64,000 bases of DNA from Camelus dromedarius (taxonomy: Eukaryota), in the NCBI RefSeq assembly GCF_036321535.1, contig NC_087436.1:71736001-71800000 (forward strand). The letters run 5' to 3'. The position numbers and the translations under genes are program-made. Positions 13,801-28,200 of this stretch are shown one piece after another. Positions within the stretch are counted from its first letter, which is position 1. The number at the start of each line of letters is the position of its first letter. Below the pieces are notes generated by a model. The model did not search any database, was not told the origin of the DNA, and saw only the letters and a program-made list of their open reading frames with translations.

Positions 13801-16800
13801 AGATATTAGATAGCAAAGTTTGGGAAAATGAATTCTTACCTACATTGTTGTTGGTATAAATATTAACATTTTAGGAAAGGTAATTTAAAAGTCTCCTATG
13901 AAAATTATAAATGGCTTATCCTAAGAATTTATTCTATAAAATCACTATCTCTAGTGGAAAAATATAGGTTCAATATTTTCCATTGCAAAACTGATTACAA
14001 TGGTAGTAAGTGGAAATAAGGTAAATCCATGGGGAGGTGGCATAAATTAACAACAGTATACATTCACAGAATACTAGGAAGCCATTAAAAGTTATAAACA
14101 TATACCTGGGAAAATGCACACAATTTACACTTGTTAGGAAGAAAAAGAAAAACTGCAGACCACTGATTTCATTTATTGGGGGTGGGTGAGGGAAGCCCTT
14201 TATGTGGGTCTTTTTGTGCAAATTAAAAAAAAAAAAAAAAAAGGCTAAGAGGACAGAGATATAAATCAAAGGCTTACTAGTGATTAGAGGGTGGGCCTAG
14301 AAGAGAGGTAGCAGAAAGAAGGTGACTTTCAATTTTACTTTAGTTTTACATTATTTCTATTTGTTAAACTGGGTACATATTAAACTAAGAGTAAATTTTA
14401 AAGTCCAATAACATGTCTTAATAAGCTATTTTAACTATTAAATTTTCCTCTTTCGTTCATAAAGTGGGAAAATCATCTTCAAACTCTTTTGTTTGCAAGC
14501 TGTCTAAATGACATTTTCAAACTATATATTTCCTGCCCAAATCTAGTGTTCCATATGTTTTATGTGTATTTTAAATATGTGTCCAAACAATGATACTCAG
14601 TTTATGGAAAATGTCACAATATCCTAGCTAATAAAACCAGGGCTTAAAGACAAACTCATAAGTCAAATCAGACTTACTTTTCATGAGAAAAAGTCTGACT
14701 TCATTTATGTCTCTAGCTTTTGCTAGACATTCCTCCTGCCTTTAGAAATGATCCCTGTTGGCGCCTGAAAGGTTTTGCCCACCTTGAAAGTTTTATACTC
14801 TGGGGCAATGTAACATAATTATATTTTCTTGGGTAAGAGATAAATCTTTTGTTTTTGAAAGTGAAATAATCAAGGAGAATCTGTAGAACCCTGATACATT
14901 TTTAGGCAGATGGATTTCACGAAAGAACACAAATGGAAGTTGAAGATACAGAAATCGTCCGCATGGTATCTACCCCCTTGAAATTACTGCTAGTCTTCCA
15001 GAAGTATACAAGTTTCCTCTGAAGACTAGTAAAAGAAGAATTTCTGACCTTTCCAAAGGATTGGGAAGAATAGTAATTGGTGACTTTTACACCCTAGTTC
15101 ACTGCAAGGGAGGAGGAGTACAATCTGACTGGTGAGTTTGAAAGAAGGAATTGAGCATGTGCAACTCAGCTCTGCTTCAGCTAGCGGCCTGTCCTCAGGA
15201 AACATACTTTCTCCATCTTTCCCATGAGTGAGGCCTGGGGTTGTCCTGTCTAATTGAATTTCATGAAATAAATAGGTAAGTGTAAAAGGGAGAGGAGGCG
15301 AAGTAGGGGTGAAGCGTGTGCCAGAAAAACATTTTAAAAGCAACTGTGGCTGGTCTATATTAAGCCTCTCCAATTTAGAATTAGGCATAATAAAACTGAT
15401 ATTTTATCTATATCATGCCTGTACGCACAGAAAAGCCTTGAGAAAGCCACAAGAAATAGCTTTTTGGGGAATAAAGATAACAAATGAGGTTCAAGACTTT
15501 TGGCTCAGCCAGGATGAATTTTTCACTTTGCCTGCTTTTTAAAATTTGTTCAGTGGTAGGAAGTAACTGTGATTTGTATTCAAGGAAGGGAAGAACTTTA
15601 TTAAAAATAGAAAAATCAGAAAGCAGGCTGGACTTAGGGCTGGGTAGGGGTGAAGGGCTGGGATAGTTCTTAGAGTGTGGCTGCGACTGAGTCCTTAGGT
15701 GTGTATGTGCCTCAGGTTTACCGAGTTCAGTCAGTTGACCCCGGCAACAAAGTCTGAATTATCACATTTTAGAGTTTAGCCGTATGGGCTAGATATTTAT
15801 TCTTGTTTCTAGATTTTGAAGTTGTAAGGCTGGTATAGTGATAATCTTATAGATCTTACCTACCCTTTGGACTCACTAAAAAGTGGGGCAGAAATCCAGA
15901 GGAACCAGAAAACCGATTTCTTTCTAGGGGGAGAGAGCTCAGACTATGACTGCAAAAGGACCTACAAGGCTTGGAGCTCTCTAAAACTAAGCAGAATTTG
16001 ATAGGATAGATACAGACTTAAGAGATATCATTAGTTTGTAGGTGGTGTCTGAAACTAATGAATTAAATGAAATCATCAAAGGGAAAAAGCTGTAACAATA
16101 TTTGTGTGTGTGTGTAAAAGATAAAGGGGAGGGAATATCTGATAATAAAAAAGAAGATCAATAGATACTTCAGAAAGGTGTAATCAGGTAGAGGAAGACA
16201 GGTGAAAGCACCTTCAATGGGAGAAGAGTTTCAAGAAGGAAAGCAGATCAACATTGATAAGTATTACAAAGTATCGGTAGGGAAACAAGTATGAGATGTC
16301 TAATCTTATGGATTTGGCAATAAAATACCATTGGTGACCTCTGCCATAGTCAATTCACTGGAATAGTGGAGAAATAAGCAAATGGTCCCAGGATGAGAAT
16401 CAAAAATAAAAGTAGAGTCAATAAGACATAGATTATTTCCTTAACATATTTGGATAAGGAAACATAACACTAAGTGTGAGCTAAGATTTCATTATGATAG
16501 TTAACTTGATTAAATTGCAGAAAGAGGGTAGGAGTTAATGAAACAGTAGGCACTGAAGATAATAGGAGTATGGGGGAGATGGTAATAACTGATACAAGAT
16601 CTGAAAGAAAAAAGAGGAAAACAAAATAAACTATGAGATTCAAATAAGTCTGGAGGTACAGGAAGAGAGTTAGAAATTTAGCCTACATCCTCTAATTTCT
16701 CACAAGGTATATGCCTAGACCTCATTTCACTTACTGAAGAACTGCAACATGTTTATGAGCATATGTGGGGGAATGCAGAGGCTTTGAAGAAAAGAGCCAA

Positions 16801-17204
16801 ACCTCATTGTGGAAAAGGAAAGGGCACTACCCAATGGTGGTTTCTAATTGTGGATTCAGAAAACAAATTGATATTTAAGAGTAAAGCTTAAAAGATGAGA
16901 ATTTAAGGATTTAGGGAGGGGTAGTTCATACTAAAGAAATACCATGTGCAAATCTATGATATATGAAAGGATATATGAAAGGGAATGAGGGCAGGGTGGG
17001 TATAGCTCAGTGGTAGAGCTTATGCTTAGCATGTACAAGATTCTGGGTTCAATCCCCAATTCTTCCACCAAAAAAAGGAAAGAAAAGAAAAGAAAAGAAA
17101 AGAAAAGAAAAGAAAAGAAAAGAAAAGAAAAGAAAAGAAAAGAAAAGAAAAGAAAAGAAAAGAAAAGAAAAGAAAAGAAAAGAAAAGAAAAGAAAAGAAA
17201 AGAA

Positions 17205-17247
<43 letters not shown>

Positions 17248-17273
17248 GCAGGCAGGCAGGCAGGCAGGCAGGC

Positions 17274-17316
<43 letters not shown>

Positions 17317-17409
17317 GAGAAAGAGAGAAAGAGAGAAAGAGAGAAAGAGAAAGAAAGAAAGAAAGAGAGAAAGAGAAAGAAAGAAAGAGAGAAAGAGAGA
17401 AAGAGAGAA

Positions 17410-17440
<31 letters not shown>

Positions 17441-17489
17441 AAGAGAGAAAGAGAGAGAGAGAGAGAAAGAGAGAAAGAGAGAGAGAGAG

Positions 17490-17528
<39 letters not shown>

Positions 17529-17533
17529 AAGAG

Positions 17534-17572
<39 letters not shown>

Positions 17573-17650
17573 AAGAAAAGAAAGAGAGAAAGAGAGAAAG
17601 AAAGAGAGAAAGAAAGAGAGAAAGAAAGAAAGAGAGAAAGAAAGAGAGAA

Positions 17651-17733
<83 letters not shown>

Positions 17734-17735
17734 AA

Positions 17736-17783
<48 letters not shown>

Positions 17784-20700
17784 GAGTGAATGAAATATGT
17801 GAGAAGTAGAAAACATATTAAGTGATGAGCCTAGAGAAGACAGGAGGAGCTGAATGTTTGAAATTTACCATACAGACAATGAAGAAAGACAGAAGGATTT
17901 TAGGGAGGGAGAAAAGCAACCTCACCTATGTATTAGAAACTATGGGAACTGGAAAAGTTACACTGGAACAAAGTAGGATTGACAGAAGGCAAAAATATTT
18001 ATTTGTAGAGAGATTATTAAGAAGCCTACTGCAATACTTCAGGTGAGAAGTGGCAACACGGAAGAGAAGGCTCATACAGAGACTGCCAAAGTTCAATTAA
18101 AGGTGATGATGATGATATTGATATTGTTAATATGTAAGGGGTTAATATGTGCCAGGCACTGGATTAAGTTAATTTACTAAACTAATGTATTTGATGGATA
18201 TAGAGAATGGGGAGCAAAGATCAGTGAGAATCTGAAAACAACATCAAGATTTCATTTCTGAATAATCAGTAGTGACATCAATAACAGAAAGAGATCAAGG
18301 AGTACAAGTTGAGGGGAGGGCAGGATCCAGTGAAAATTTATTGATAACTTGCTATATACTAAGCATGGTTCTAGTTTCTCAGGACTCATTAGTAGACATT
18401 ACCTGCCCTCACGAAGCTTAAGAAGCTTTTATTTAGTTGCAAGGGAGGCACACAGATGCTAAACATAATACATTACACAGTTGTTTAAAAGGTGTTAAAT
18501 ACAGTGTAAAATCAGAATACTGGAGTGGAAGAAGAGAAGTGTGTATGTGGGGACATGTAGGGGGACATGAAGGTGAAGTTTAAGTAAACATTAAAAGATT
18601 TGAAGTATTTCAGACAAGGAGAACAGCCAGTACATAAGCTTTAAGTATGTTCAAGCAGAACTGGCATGTTTAAGTAGGCCAGTGTTGCTGAGAATAGTAG
18701 AAAATGATTTTCAGGGAATATATCAGGGGGCTTGATCACCTAAGGTCTCGCAGGGCATTTTAAAGACTTTTATCTTTTACTCTGAGAGAAATGGCATTGT
18801 AGGGGTTTGAGAAAAAGAGTGATTTGATCTAAGTGATACGAGAGGATCACTCTAAGTTAAATAGAGAACAGACTGCAGAGCAATGACAGAATCAGGGAGA
18901 CCAGTGAAGTGATGAATAGTGATTAGGATTCAAGATGTAGTTCTAAGGCAAAGGTAACTAGATTTTCCAACACAATGAAGGATAGACAGAGGGGAATCAA
19001 GGATGTTATCAAGGTTTTTAGCCTGAGCAATTAATTAGAAGACAGAGCTGTGGGTCTGGAGTGGGCAAAGATCAGTTCACACTGGATGTAAGTATAACAC
19101 ATTTAATTAGGTATCTAAGGGACATGTTGAGTAGCTAGTTGCATATAAGAGACTGGAGTTTAGGGAAGAAGTCTGGGCTAAAGAGACAAATTTGGGATTA
19201 GTTACTATATATTTAAAGCTAAGAAGCAGATGAGATGATCAATGCATAAAGAAAAAAGATCATGTAATGAGCTAAATGGATTGCCAAGTAGGAGGGGAGA
19301 AGAGCAGAAACTAGACACAGAAGGAAAATACACAAAGCTAAGAGAAAAATAGAGTGTGTAGTGTAGTAGAGTCCAAGAAAAGAGAGTATGTCAGGTGTTA
19401 TCAGGCTTAGTAAGATCAGGATAGAGAAGTAATCATTGGATTTAGCTATGTAAGAGCCACTGGAGACCATAAAAGCATAGTTTTGGTGGAGCTATGGGAG
19501 TGAGAGCCTGGCAGGAGTAGATTCAAGAAAAAAGAGAATTGGAAATAGCCAAAATAGTCTATTTTCCCGCAATCAGAAGCAAAGAAATGGGCTTGTTGCT
19601 GATAACTGGGGTGGGAGAATGTTGGAAAAAGTTTTTCACAATTGGATAAAGCTTATATGATGATGACGATGATCCCGGAGAAGGGGGAAATGATATAGAA
19701 TAAGAGAGAATTGCTACAACAATGTTTTTGAGTAAAGGATAGCAGAAAGCAGATAGGATCTAGCTCATAAATAGAGGGACTGGTTACAGGTTTATTTAGT
19801 AACTGGTAGGAAGTATCGGGATGGTGAATAGGAAGATGGGGTGGGGGAAGTCTTTGGCAGTTTTCTTCTGATGCTTCAGTTTTCTCACTGATGTAGGATG
19901 TAAGGTCAGCAACTGAGGGAGAAGAAGAGGATGTACTAGAAGTCAAAATAAAGGAGAAAGAAATAACGATCTAGATGAGTGGGAGAATACATTGAACTAG
20001 AGAAAGATACAGTATGACTACTGGGCAGCAGTAAAGGATCCACTGTCACACATTTAATGTAAAATTAGTCATCAAGGTTGAGTTTTGTTTGTTTTTTTTC
20101 CCTAGATACCTTCAGTTACTAGGGTTCAGGTAAGAATAAGGAAAAGAAAAGAGTAAGGCAGGCCAGTGAAGGGTGGTATGATAAATGGATCCTACAATTT
20201 ATTGGTAGGCAGAATGTTTTCAGGATTGTTGGATGTAGAATTCTAGAGGGAGTAAAGCTGAAAAGACAAGAGATGATAGAGAATTAAATGTGTAAAATTG
20301 AGATTGTGAAGTGGGCATGTCAATAGCTTCAGGTGGTGGCAAAAAACCCAATTAAAAATATCTATAAGGAATATTTAAAAAATATACCCTACATAATTCC
20401 CTAAAAGGTTATGAAAGTTTACAAAGACAAAGGCGAGAAACAAGAAGTGATAAAGTAGGGAGGTGAGACATTAAAAGTGCAGACCAATAACACCCACTAA
20501 GGATTCTAACAGCCCAAAACATAACTTAGTTAACGTCCTAAGAGAACAAGCAATTAACTGCCAGAATACTTCACAGTCTGACCATATCAATTGCTCTAGA
20601 GCATGGCTTCTTCATAGTAAATGCTCAGTAAATCAAATGTTTGCTGCATAAGGACAAAGGAATCTGTTCAATATAATGAGCAGTATTCTCCACAGCAGTT

Positions 20701-23700
20701 TTTACAAACCTATTAACCAACATTTTCAAATTAGAAAGGCTGATCAAAGGAGCATTTTTATACAAGCAGTAAGTTACCTAAACCAGATGGGACCAACTCC
20801 TATGATGTTCCTAAATCAGAAGGTGGAGCCAGAATGTACTGTGTCTCAAAGGCAAAAAACTGTACTTTTCCAGATTTAAATCATAAGTAAAAAAGAGCGA
20901 ACCAAATCCTATCAGATCTCAATCTGATAATTTTTCAAATAGAAATAGAAAGGGGCTGGAGTTCAGGAAAGGGCCTCCTCTATAATCTAGAATTCTATCC
21001 ATGCACCACCCCCCATTCAAAATTGCTTATAAAGGATCAATGCATGGAGAATTAGCTCTAATTAATTTATGATTAAGAATTATCACCTTTGAGTTTTAAT
21101 ATTATGGAAAAATACGCAATGACATTTGAAAGAAGTTCCTTTTTTTTTTTTGCCTTAAATCTGAGGCTCTGAAAGCATGAACATCAAGGTTAAGAAATGC
21201 TGGCAGGAATTCAAGGAAAAAACACTTATGTATTGCTGATGGTAGTAGGAAAATATTCCAGAAGTACCAAATTTAAAATATATTGACCCAAGTGAAGAAA
21301 CTCCATAAAAATAAAAAAAGCACCAAAATATAAGGAAACATGTATACGGATATTTACTGCAACATTATTTGCAGTGACAAAAAACTCAAAACAAACTTGC
21401 TGTGGAGTATATTATGCAGTTATTTAAATCACTATCAACTGACAATATTCTTCAGTTATTGAAAGAGGGAAAAACAAGTATTAGAGTAATATGTTCACAT
21501 GATAATATTTTTTTAAAAGGTACACTGTCTTCATATACGTGGATATTTATTTGCTAAACAAATGTTTACTGAGTACCTGTAACATGCCAGGTACCATTTT
21601 GTGGTGCATACACTCTTGTGGTAGAGAGAGAAACAAGATTACTAAATAAAAATACAGTATTTAGAATATTAGAACACGAAAATAAAGAAGGGAAGAACAG
21701 GAAGAACACGAAAGGCAGACTAAAATATGAGGCAACTGAAGTGACATTCAAGGCAGAAAGCATAGCAAGAACAAAAAGGTGGTCATTTTGAATGAAGTAA
21801 AGTGACTAAGAGAAAACAGCAAAATAAGATAAGAGAGAGGTACAGGGAGTGCTATGGATGGCCAGATCACATAAGGTCTTAAAAGGCTGCAAAGGTAACT
21901 GTACAGGTGAGGACTTTTAGTTAATTACCATACCAGGTTTTTAACTTCAGTCACCTTATAATGATGGCACATTTTAGATATCTTTGCATATCTCACAGCT
22001 TAAACTAAACGTATTATTGCAATTAAAAAAACATTGAAATTGAGTAAGAATAGACACCCTTAATAAGACATTTGTGCTTCCTGACCTTGTAATCCACAGG
22101 TATGCAGTAAATCCCTAAAGGTTATTTCATGTAAAGTAGTAACATCCAGGTATGAAACAAAGATTTTATTTAAAAACAGATTATCTATGTCTCAGCTATA
22201 GAAAGGACACTTTCTGAGATTTATGCAAATGCAAAAGAAACAGTATCATGAAATAACTGTCACTTAGAGATTTTAACATTAGAGTAATGCACAAAACAGG
22301 ATATTGTAATACTTAAGGGAGAAAGCACTAAGAGGTAAGTTAAGGGAGGAGAGGGAACCAGGGAATTTAAAATTTAGAAAGTGGGTTAAATTCTAGCCTG
22401 GCTTAGGAAAGTTACTTAATTTCCCATAGATTCAGTTCCTCCATCTATAATATGAGGGTAATAATATTTTTGCAGAGAAGACTCATAATACATATTCTGT
22501 CATACAGGTTGGCCCTATTATATTGCCTGGTACTCAGCAGACATTAAATAAATATTAGATGAAAATGAATATAAAAATAGGTCAAGTAATAGTTACAACA
22601 GTGATTATAACAGTATCTACTCTCAGCGTGCTCATATTCAATTAAAGCTTCAAAGTGGCCAAAAAGCTAACTTTCATTTGGTCAGAATCTAAACTAGAAA
22701 TTTTTTAAAATGAAGAACCTCTGATATTAAATGTGTTTTTCAGAAAATAATGTATATTTTCACATTCAATTTAGAATAAAATGTTTAAAATAATTCATGT
22801 TTTCTTTATATAATACGAAATGTTCAGCTTAACAAAGTCAGCGAGTAGAATAAAAATGAATGAACCTGGCTTAAATAAAAAAGGTTATACAATTGACCCT
22901 TGAACAACACAGGCTTGAATTGTGCAGGCCCACTTATATGTGGATTTTTAAAAAATAAGTAAGTACTACAATACTACACTATGGTCGGTTGAATCCGTGG
23001 ACATGAAACTGCAGATTTGGAGGGCCCAACTGTAAGGTTATACTCAGATTTTCAACTGCATGGAGGGTTGGAACCCTAGCCCCTGCTATCACTGCATATC
23101 CTTTATAAATTTAAGGAATACATGTTAAATTTTATACATTTTTAACCTTTTTTAGAAAGATGAAATATGGCAGGACATATTCCATAATATTCCATGCTGA
23201 GCAATTCTTTTCCTGCTATGATTACTATTACTATTACATTCTGGAGTACAGTTATTGACACTAACGGGAGTAAAGAAGCCGTTATGAAATTGTCTAAAAT
23301 ATACGTTGTTTGGAGTATTTTACACCCCATGGGAATAGATAGGAATGATGCTGTAGTGTGTCTGAAAGAGAAAAGTACAAGAGAAAGCATCCATTTAAAA
23401 AGGTACATATTAAACATTCCACCAACTGGTTGTATTTCACTAGTTGATTAGGCCTTGGTAGTGTATGCCTTCGTATTGTATTTGGTACTTCTGATATAAA
23501 TCTGTTGGCAACAAGTTACAAGGTCTGGGATCGATGAAGAACAGATGTGGATGAGGATTAAGAGATCATTAGTTGAGATAATTGAGCATTAGAGGCTAGG
23601 TTCTCTGATTTCCAGATCAATGCAATTCTTGTAACATTTTGTTAATTTGACTACAAAGAAAACTATTTTAATGATATTAAAATACTCATAATTCTCTTCA

Positions 23701-25220
23701 GTATTTGAGCCAGACTTGAAAACCATGTACTTAATTGAAAGCAAAAGCAAAACCAAAACAAAACAAAATGAAAAACCAGGTTATAAATTAGGAAAAAGAA
23801 AAGCAGAAAGGACAAAAGTAGGTATTTTTCATATGTAAAGGTTACCATTACCTTTTCCAAGTCTAACTCCTCTAATAAAATGCTGGCATTTTTGTTTGCT
23901 TCAGCAGCCTGTCTATCTTTGGCTTGCACTATTGACTCCATACAAAGATGACACTTCTTCAGCATCTCCTAAAATGAAAAATTAAGATATTTCTAGCCTC
24001 AAAAAAACAACATTTGGAGAGATTTCTGAAAACATGAAAGTATTAATTAAGGTGCTTAAATGAACATAAGCAACAAGGATCAGTAGTAGGGCAAAAAAGG
24101 GTACAAATAAAAACATAATTTAAATGATATCTTATAAAAAATACATAAGCAAAGAGCTTCTACTATTCTTTAATAATATCCATTCGACACATTTCAGAAA
24201 CTAAAATTATTTACGCATATAATTTAAATGAGAAATCATACCACAAATAGAGCTGCAAAAATTTGTCAGCTGGTTAATGGGCTGAAGGAAAAGGTCAGTA
24301 TCAACAAAAGAAAACAGGTTTAAAAAATTCAAAATACGTAATTGGCAAAAACTGTTCTCAAATATTTAGGCTTTGCTACTCTAACTTCTTGTGCAAGAAT
24401 CGCTCATAAAAAAATCGACACAATACTTATAGATTTTTCTTAGTGATTTCATTCATAGCACACACTTTTTGACAGTAAAGGGATTATTTCCCTATTAAGG
24501 CAACAGCTTTATTTTTAATCTCTGTCCCTTCCAAGAAAACCAGTAGTCTCCAGGAATATTAATTGTCATAAAGGAATCTAGAGGCAGGCAAGACAGTGGA
24601 TTAGCTATGTTAAATAAAACTTAAGGGAAAAAGCTGCTCACTATCATGTAATAACTGCTAAGAAAATGTAATAGAAAGATAATCTTAGTTTTTCAGAGGC
24701 ATGTCTTAGGATTTTACTCTCAAATCAAAACATCACCAGAAGATCTCAAATAGAACGCTAAATGGATTTATCTTCCTTATTTTTCCTGCAAAAAATCCTA
24801 GTAAATTCATTCTTAACCTGACAGTTACTCCAATTTTATATCATGTTGAAGATCTTAGAGATTTATTGACCATAATTGAAGTACTACATTAATTTTTGTT
24901 CAAGTATTAAAAAAAAATCCACTTACTTATTCCTCTCAGAATAGGTATCAATCTGGATAGATTATAACACTAATGAATAATAACAATAATTTGCTTTAGA
25001 TTGTTTAGCATTTATATTAAAATTACATTAGCTTAAGTACTATTTTAAGAAGGTAAATTCTACCACAGAAAATGTTTTATTACTTCATTAGGTAAATAAA
25101 TAATCTGAGGAGTCTCTTAAAAAGCATACCTCATTCCTGAATACTAGATAAATAAAAAATTGCTATGTACCATACATTATTGCTCAAATTAAAGATTCTT
25201 TTTTCCTTAGTGTGGAATAT

Positions 25221-25252
<32 letters not shown>

Positions 25253-28200
25253 TCACACACATACCAAATGGGATCCCAAGTTCACAGTGGGGATGAATTT
25301 GATCAATATATTACCTTATCAGTGATCGTTGCTATGTATCTCATACATTCAGAATCTGATGGGAACTGATTGACTTCTTTGACTAAGTAGCGCACCACCT
25401 TCACATGACCCTAAAAAAATAGGTATCAGTGTCAGATTGAAAACAGATTCTAACAGGATTCAGTAAATCTAGTCTGTCTTCACTAAGATTCCACTGATAT
25501 CAGTGCCACAAAATAGACTGAAATTGGGTATTTCAGAGTAGACACAACAACTATTTTTTCTTTCAGATAAAAGCTGAATGCATAGCATTAGGTAGTGCAA
25601 AAGAAATAAAATACACTTTCTTAAAGTGTAAGGAATGATTGTATTGTTCACCGTACCATAGTTCACTAAGTAAAGTTCAAAATCTTTAAACCAGTGTTCA
25701 AGAGGCTCTCTACTTTCTTCAATCCACTTACTGACAAGAACACCTATAAATTGCTGGATAAACAGCTGTTTATATATTTAGTACATTTCCTCTGTTGCCT
25801 TTATTTCTTCGTTATTTACATCTTTTTAAACTATCCCTATCTTTTAATGAATAGCTTAAATGCCATTTGCATCATTCCTTGATATCTCACCAACACTTCT
25901 ACAGTATTTAAGCTATTTATATGAGACAACTCATACAGTTTTACCTAACTCTGGATGTGGATCCCTGATTACATTTTGTACAAAGTGCAACAGGTGAAAT
26001 CTGTACAATGTAATATCCCAACCATTACAGTCGTATATGGTAGGTACTAAGAAAATAAACAATGAAATGAATACAAGAGTATAAAAGGAAAGTACACTTC
26101 TTAAGGATCCAAGTCTATTGGAAAGATAAGATATATGCATGTCAGATGTTAAAATAGTAATACATATTTGTCAAAACAGAAAAAGATAATAATGAATTGT
26201 AGAATTTCCACAACTTTTAACAGATTAGATATCTCAATGTGAACTCAAATGGAATGGGAAGTTTCTGTAGAAGGGAAGATTTAAACTGTACCCAAAGGAT
26301 GAGTTAATTTTGGAAAAATGAAGAAGGACATGAGCATTCCTGAGATGAGAACAAAGGTGATGTGAAAGACAGTGACAAAGAAAAGACCAAGCAAGAAGAT
26401 TCCACATTAGGGACTTAACGGGAGATGAGCTCAAAGAGCACTAGATTGGGCTTTTAGTAACAAAGATTGGATTTCAAAGGATTACAGACTGGGGATAAAG
26501 GAAAAGGTTCTTGAAGAGGATACTAACAAAGTGAAATAGTTAGAAAGATAAACTTGATAATGATAAGCTAGTTTGCTTGAAGACGACGTAGGTAGCCAGT
26601 GAGAAAGAATAAGTCTGACTGACGAGAGTGGGAAGGTAGTCTAGAACACCAGGAAAGAAGTGGTATAAAGTACAGGAATCAGAGTAATAAGAGAAAAAGG
26701 AAGAGATGATTTCTTGTAATTTATATACTAAAACTTTTCAATATAACAAAACAATTTGGAATCTGTAAGGTTTGACCTACACGAATGACAAAACTCAAAA
26801 TTATAATCCCTGTAACACTAATCTGGTTTTCCTAGTTCCCTGGTAACAAATTAAAAGTGCACTTAAGAAATCACCCAAAGCATTAAATCAAATTACTTAT
26901 ATACAGTTCAGTGCTATGCACTATAAAAAGTTGCACTTCCACAAAATTTATTTCTACTTCTGAAGGTTTCAAATACTGGCAGCTGGGTTTTCATTATTTA
27001 ATTCCTTTTTTCCTGGAAATTAAAGTCAATAATTAAAAATAAAATCAATTTAAGTTAAATTTTTCTCAGCTATGCTAATACAAGAAAGAAACATTCATAA
27101 GTATTACTTTTAGCTGGGTTTATATTTTGCAAAATACTAAGATTGTAACTAGATTTTGAAAATACTACTTAGAACAACTTTTTAAAAGTTTATTTAGCTT
27201 TGATGTCTACTATGGATACTAATGGCTTTTCTGGGATACCTCTATCTACCTTTCACCCTTGCCATCTGAGTGATTATTTGCTTTTTACTCTTTCATCACT
27301 GCTGTTAGATCCTAAAATAATAGTATTTAGTGATAATTAAATCATACTTTCTAGTCTAAGTGAAAACCATCCAAGTGAATGAGGATAAAAGACTTCTACC
27401 TTTCTAAATGCTGCCATAAGAGGAGTTATCTTGCGGTTGTCTGCTGCATCCACATCTGCACCTGCTTGCACCAGTAACTGAACCACATCAAGGTGTCCAC
27501 CATTTGCTGCCAGCCACAATGGAGTGTTCCCCTTTTTGTTACGTACATCAATGTGAGCTCCCCTAAATGAATGACACAAACACTGCTGTTTAAAATGAAA
27601 TAACACAGGTAATAATAAAAATCAACTATTAACTTGTGAAAATATTCTGTAAAGGTGAACACTGTCTAAAATATACAGGACTAAGATGTATTTCTCAAAA
27701 TTATTTACAAAGAATTTCTAGTCATCAAATTAAGTCACTGACTTGAAACTAACCATATACCAATAATTGTTTTTTTCTTTTATTTTAAAAATGACTCTTT
27801 GTGCCTAATTCTGAATTTCACATCCTGGTATGAAATTATATTTGGTGAAAAATAAAGGTACATTCTGTTGCTATCACAATCAATATAGTAAACAGTATCC
27901 TACAGCACAAACAGTATCCTACAAGGCAATAATCTTTCAGATTATTTGTATTCATGTATTTATATCATGTGGCTTCAGAAAAGAATGAATCTTCAAATAA
28001 CATGAAGGTTTAGCACTCAGTGGGCATCACTGTAGGTTAAGACTCATGGTGAACAACAGTAGTTTACGACTAAATACTATTGCTTAGGATACTTAAAGGT
28101 CTTTAAGACTGTTAAAATAGGAAATCCAATTCAGCAGACAAGAATTATCAAAGACTAACAGGCAACTTCGAAGTGACTGAAACAAAACTATACTGGGTTC

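Noticed and set aside
17010..17816. 259-aa K/R/E-rich ORF (+) and 255-aa F/S/L-rich ORF (-)
   Set aside because: They are translations of a stop-free microsatellite, with no coding signature.
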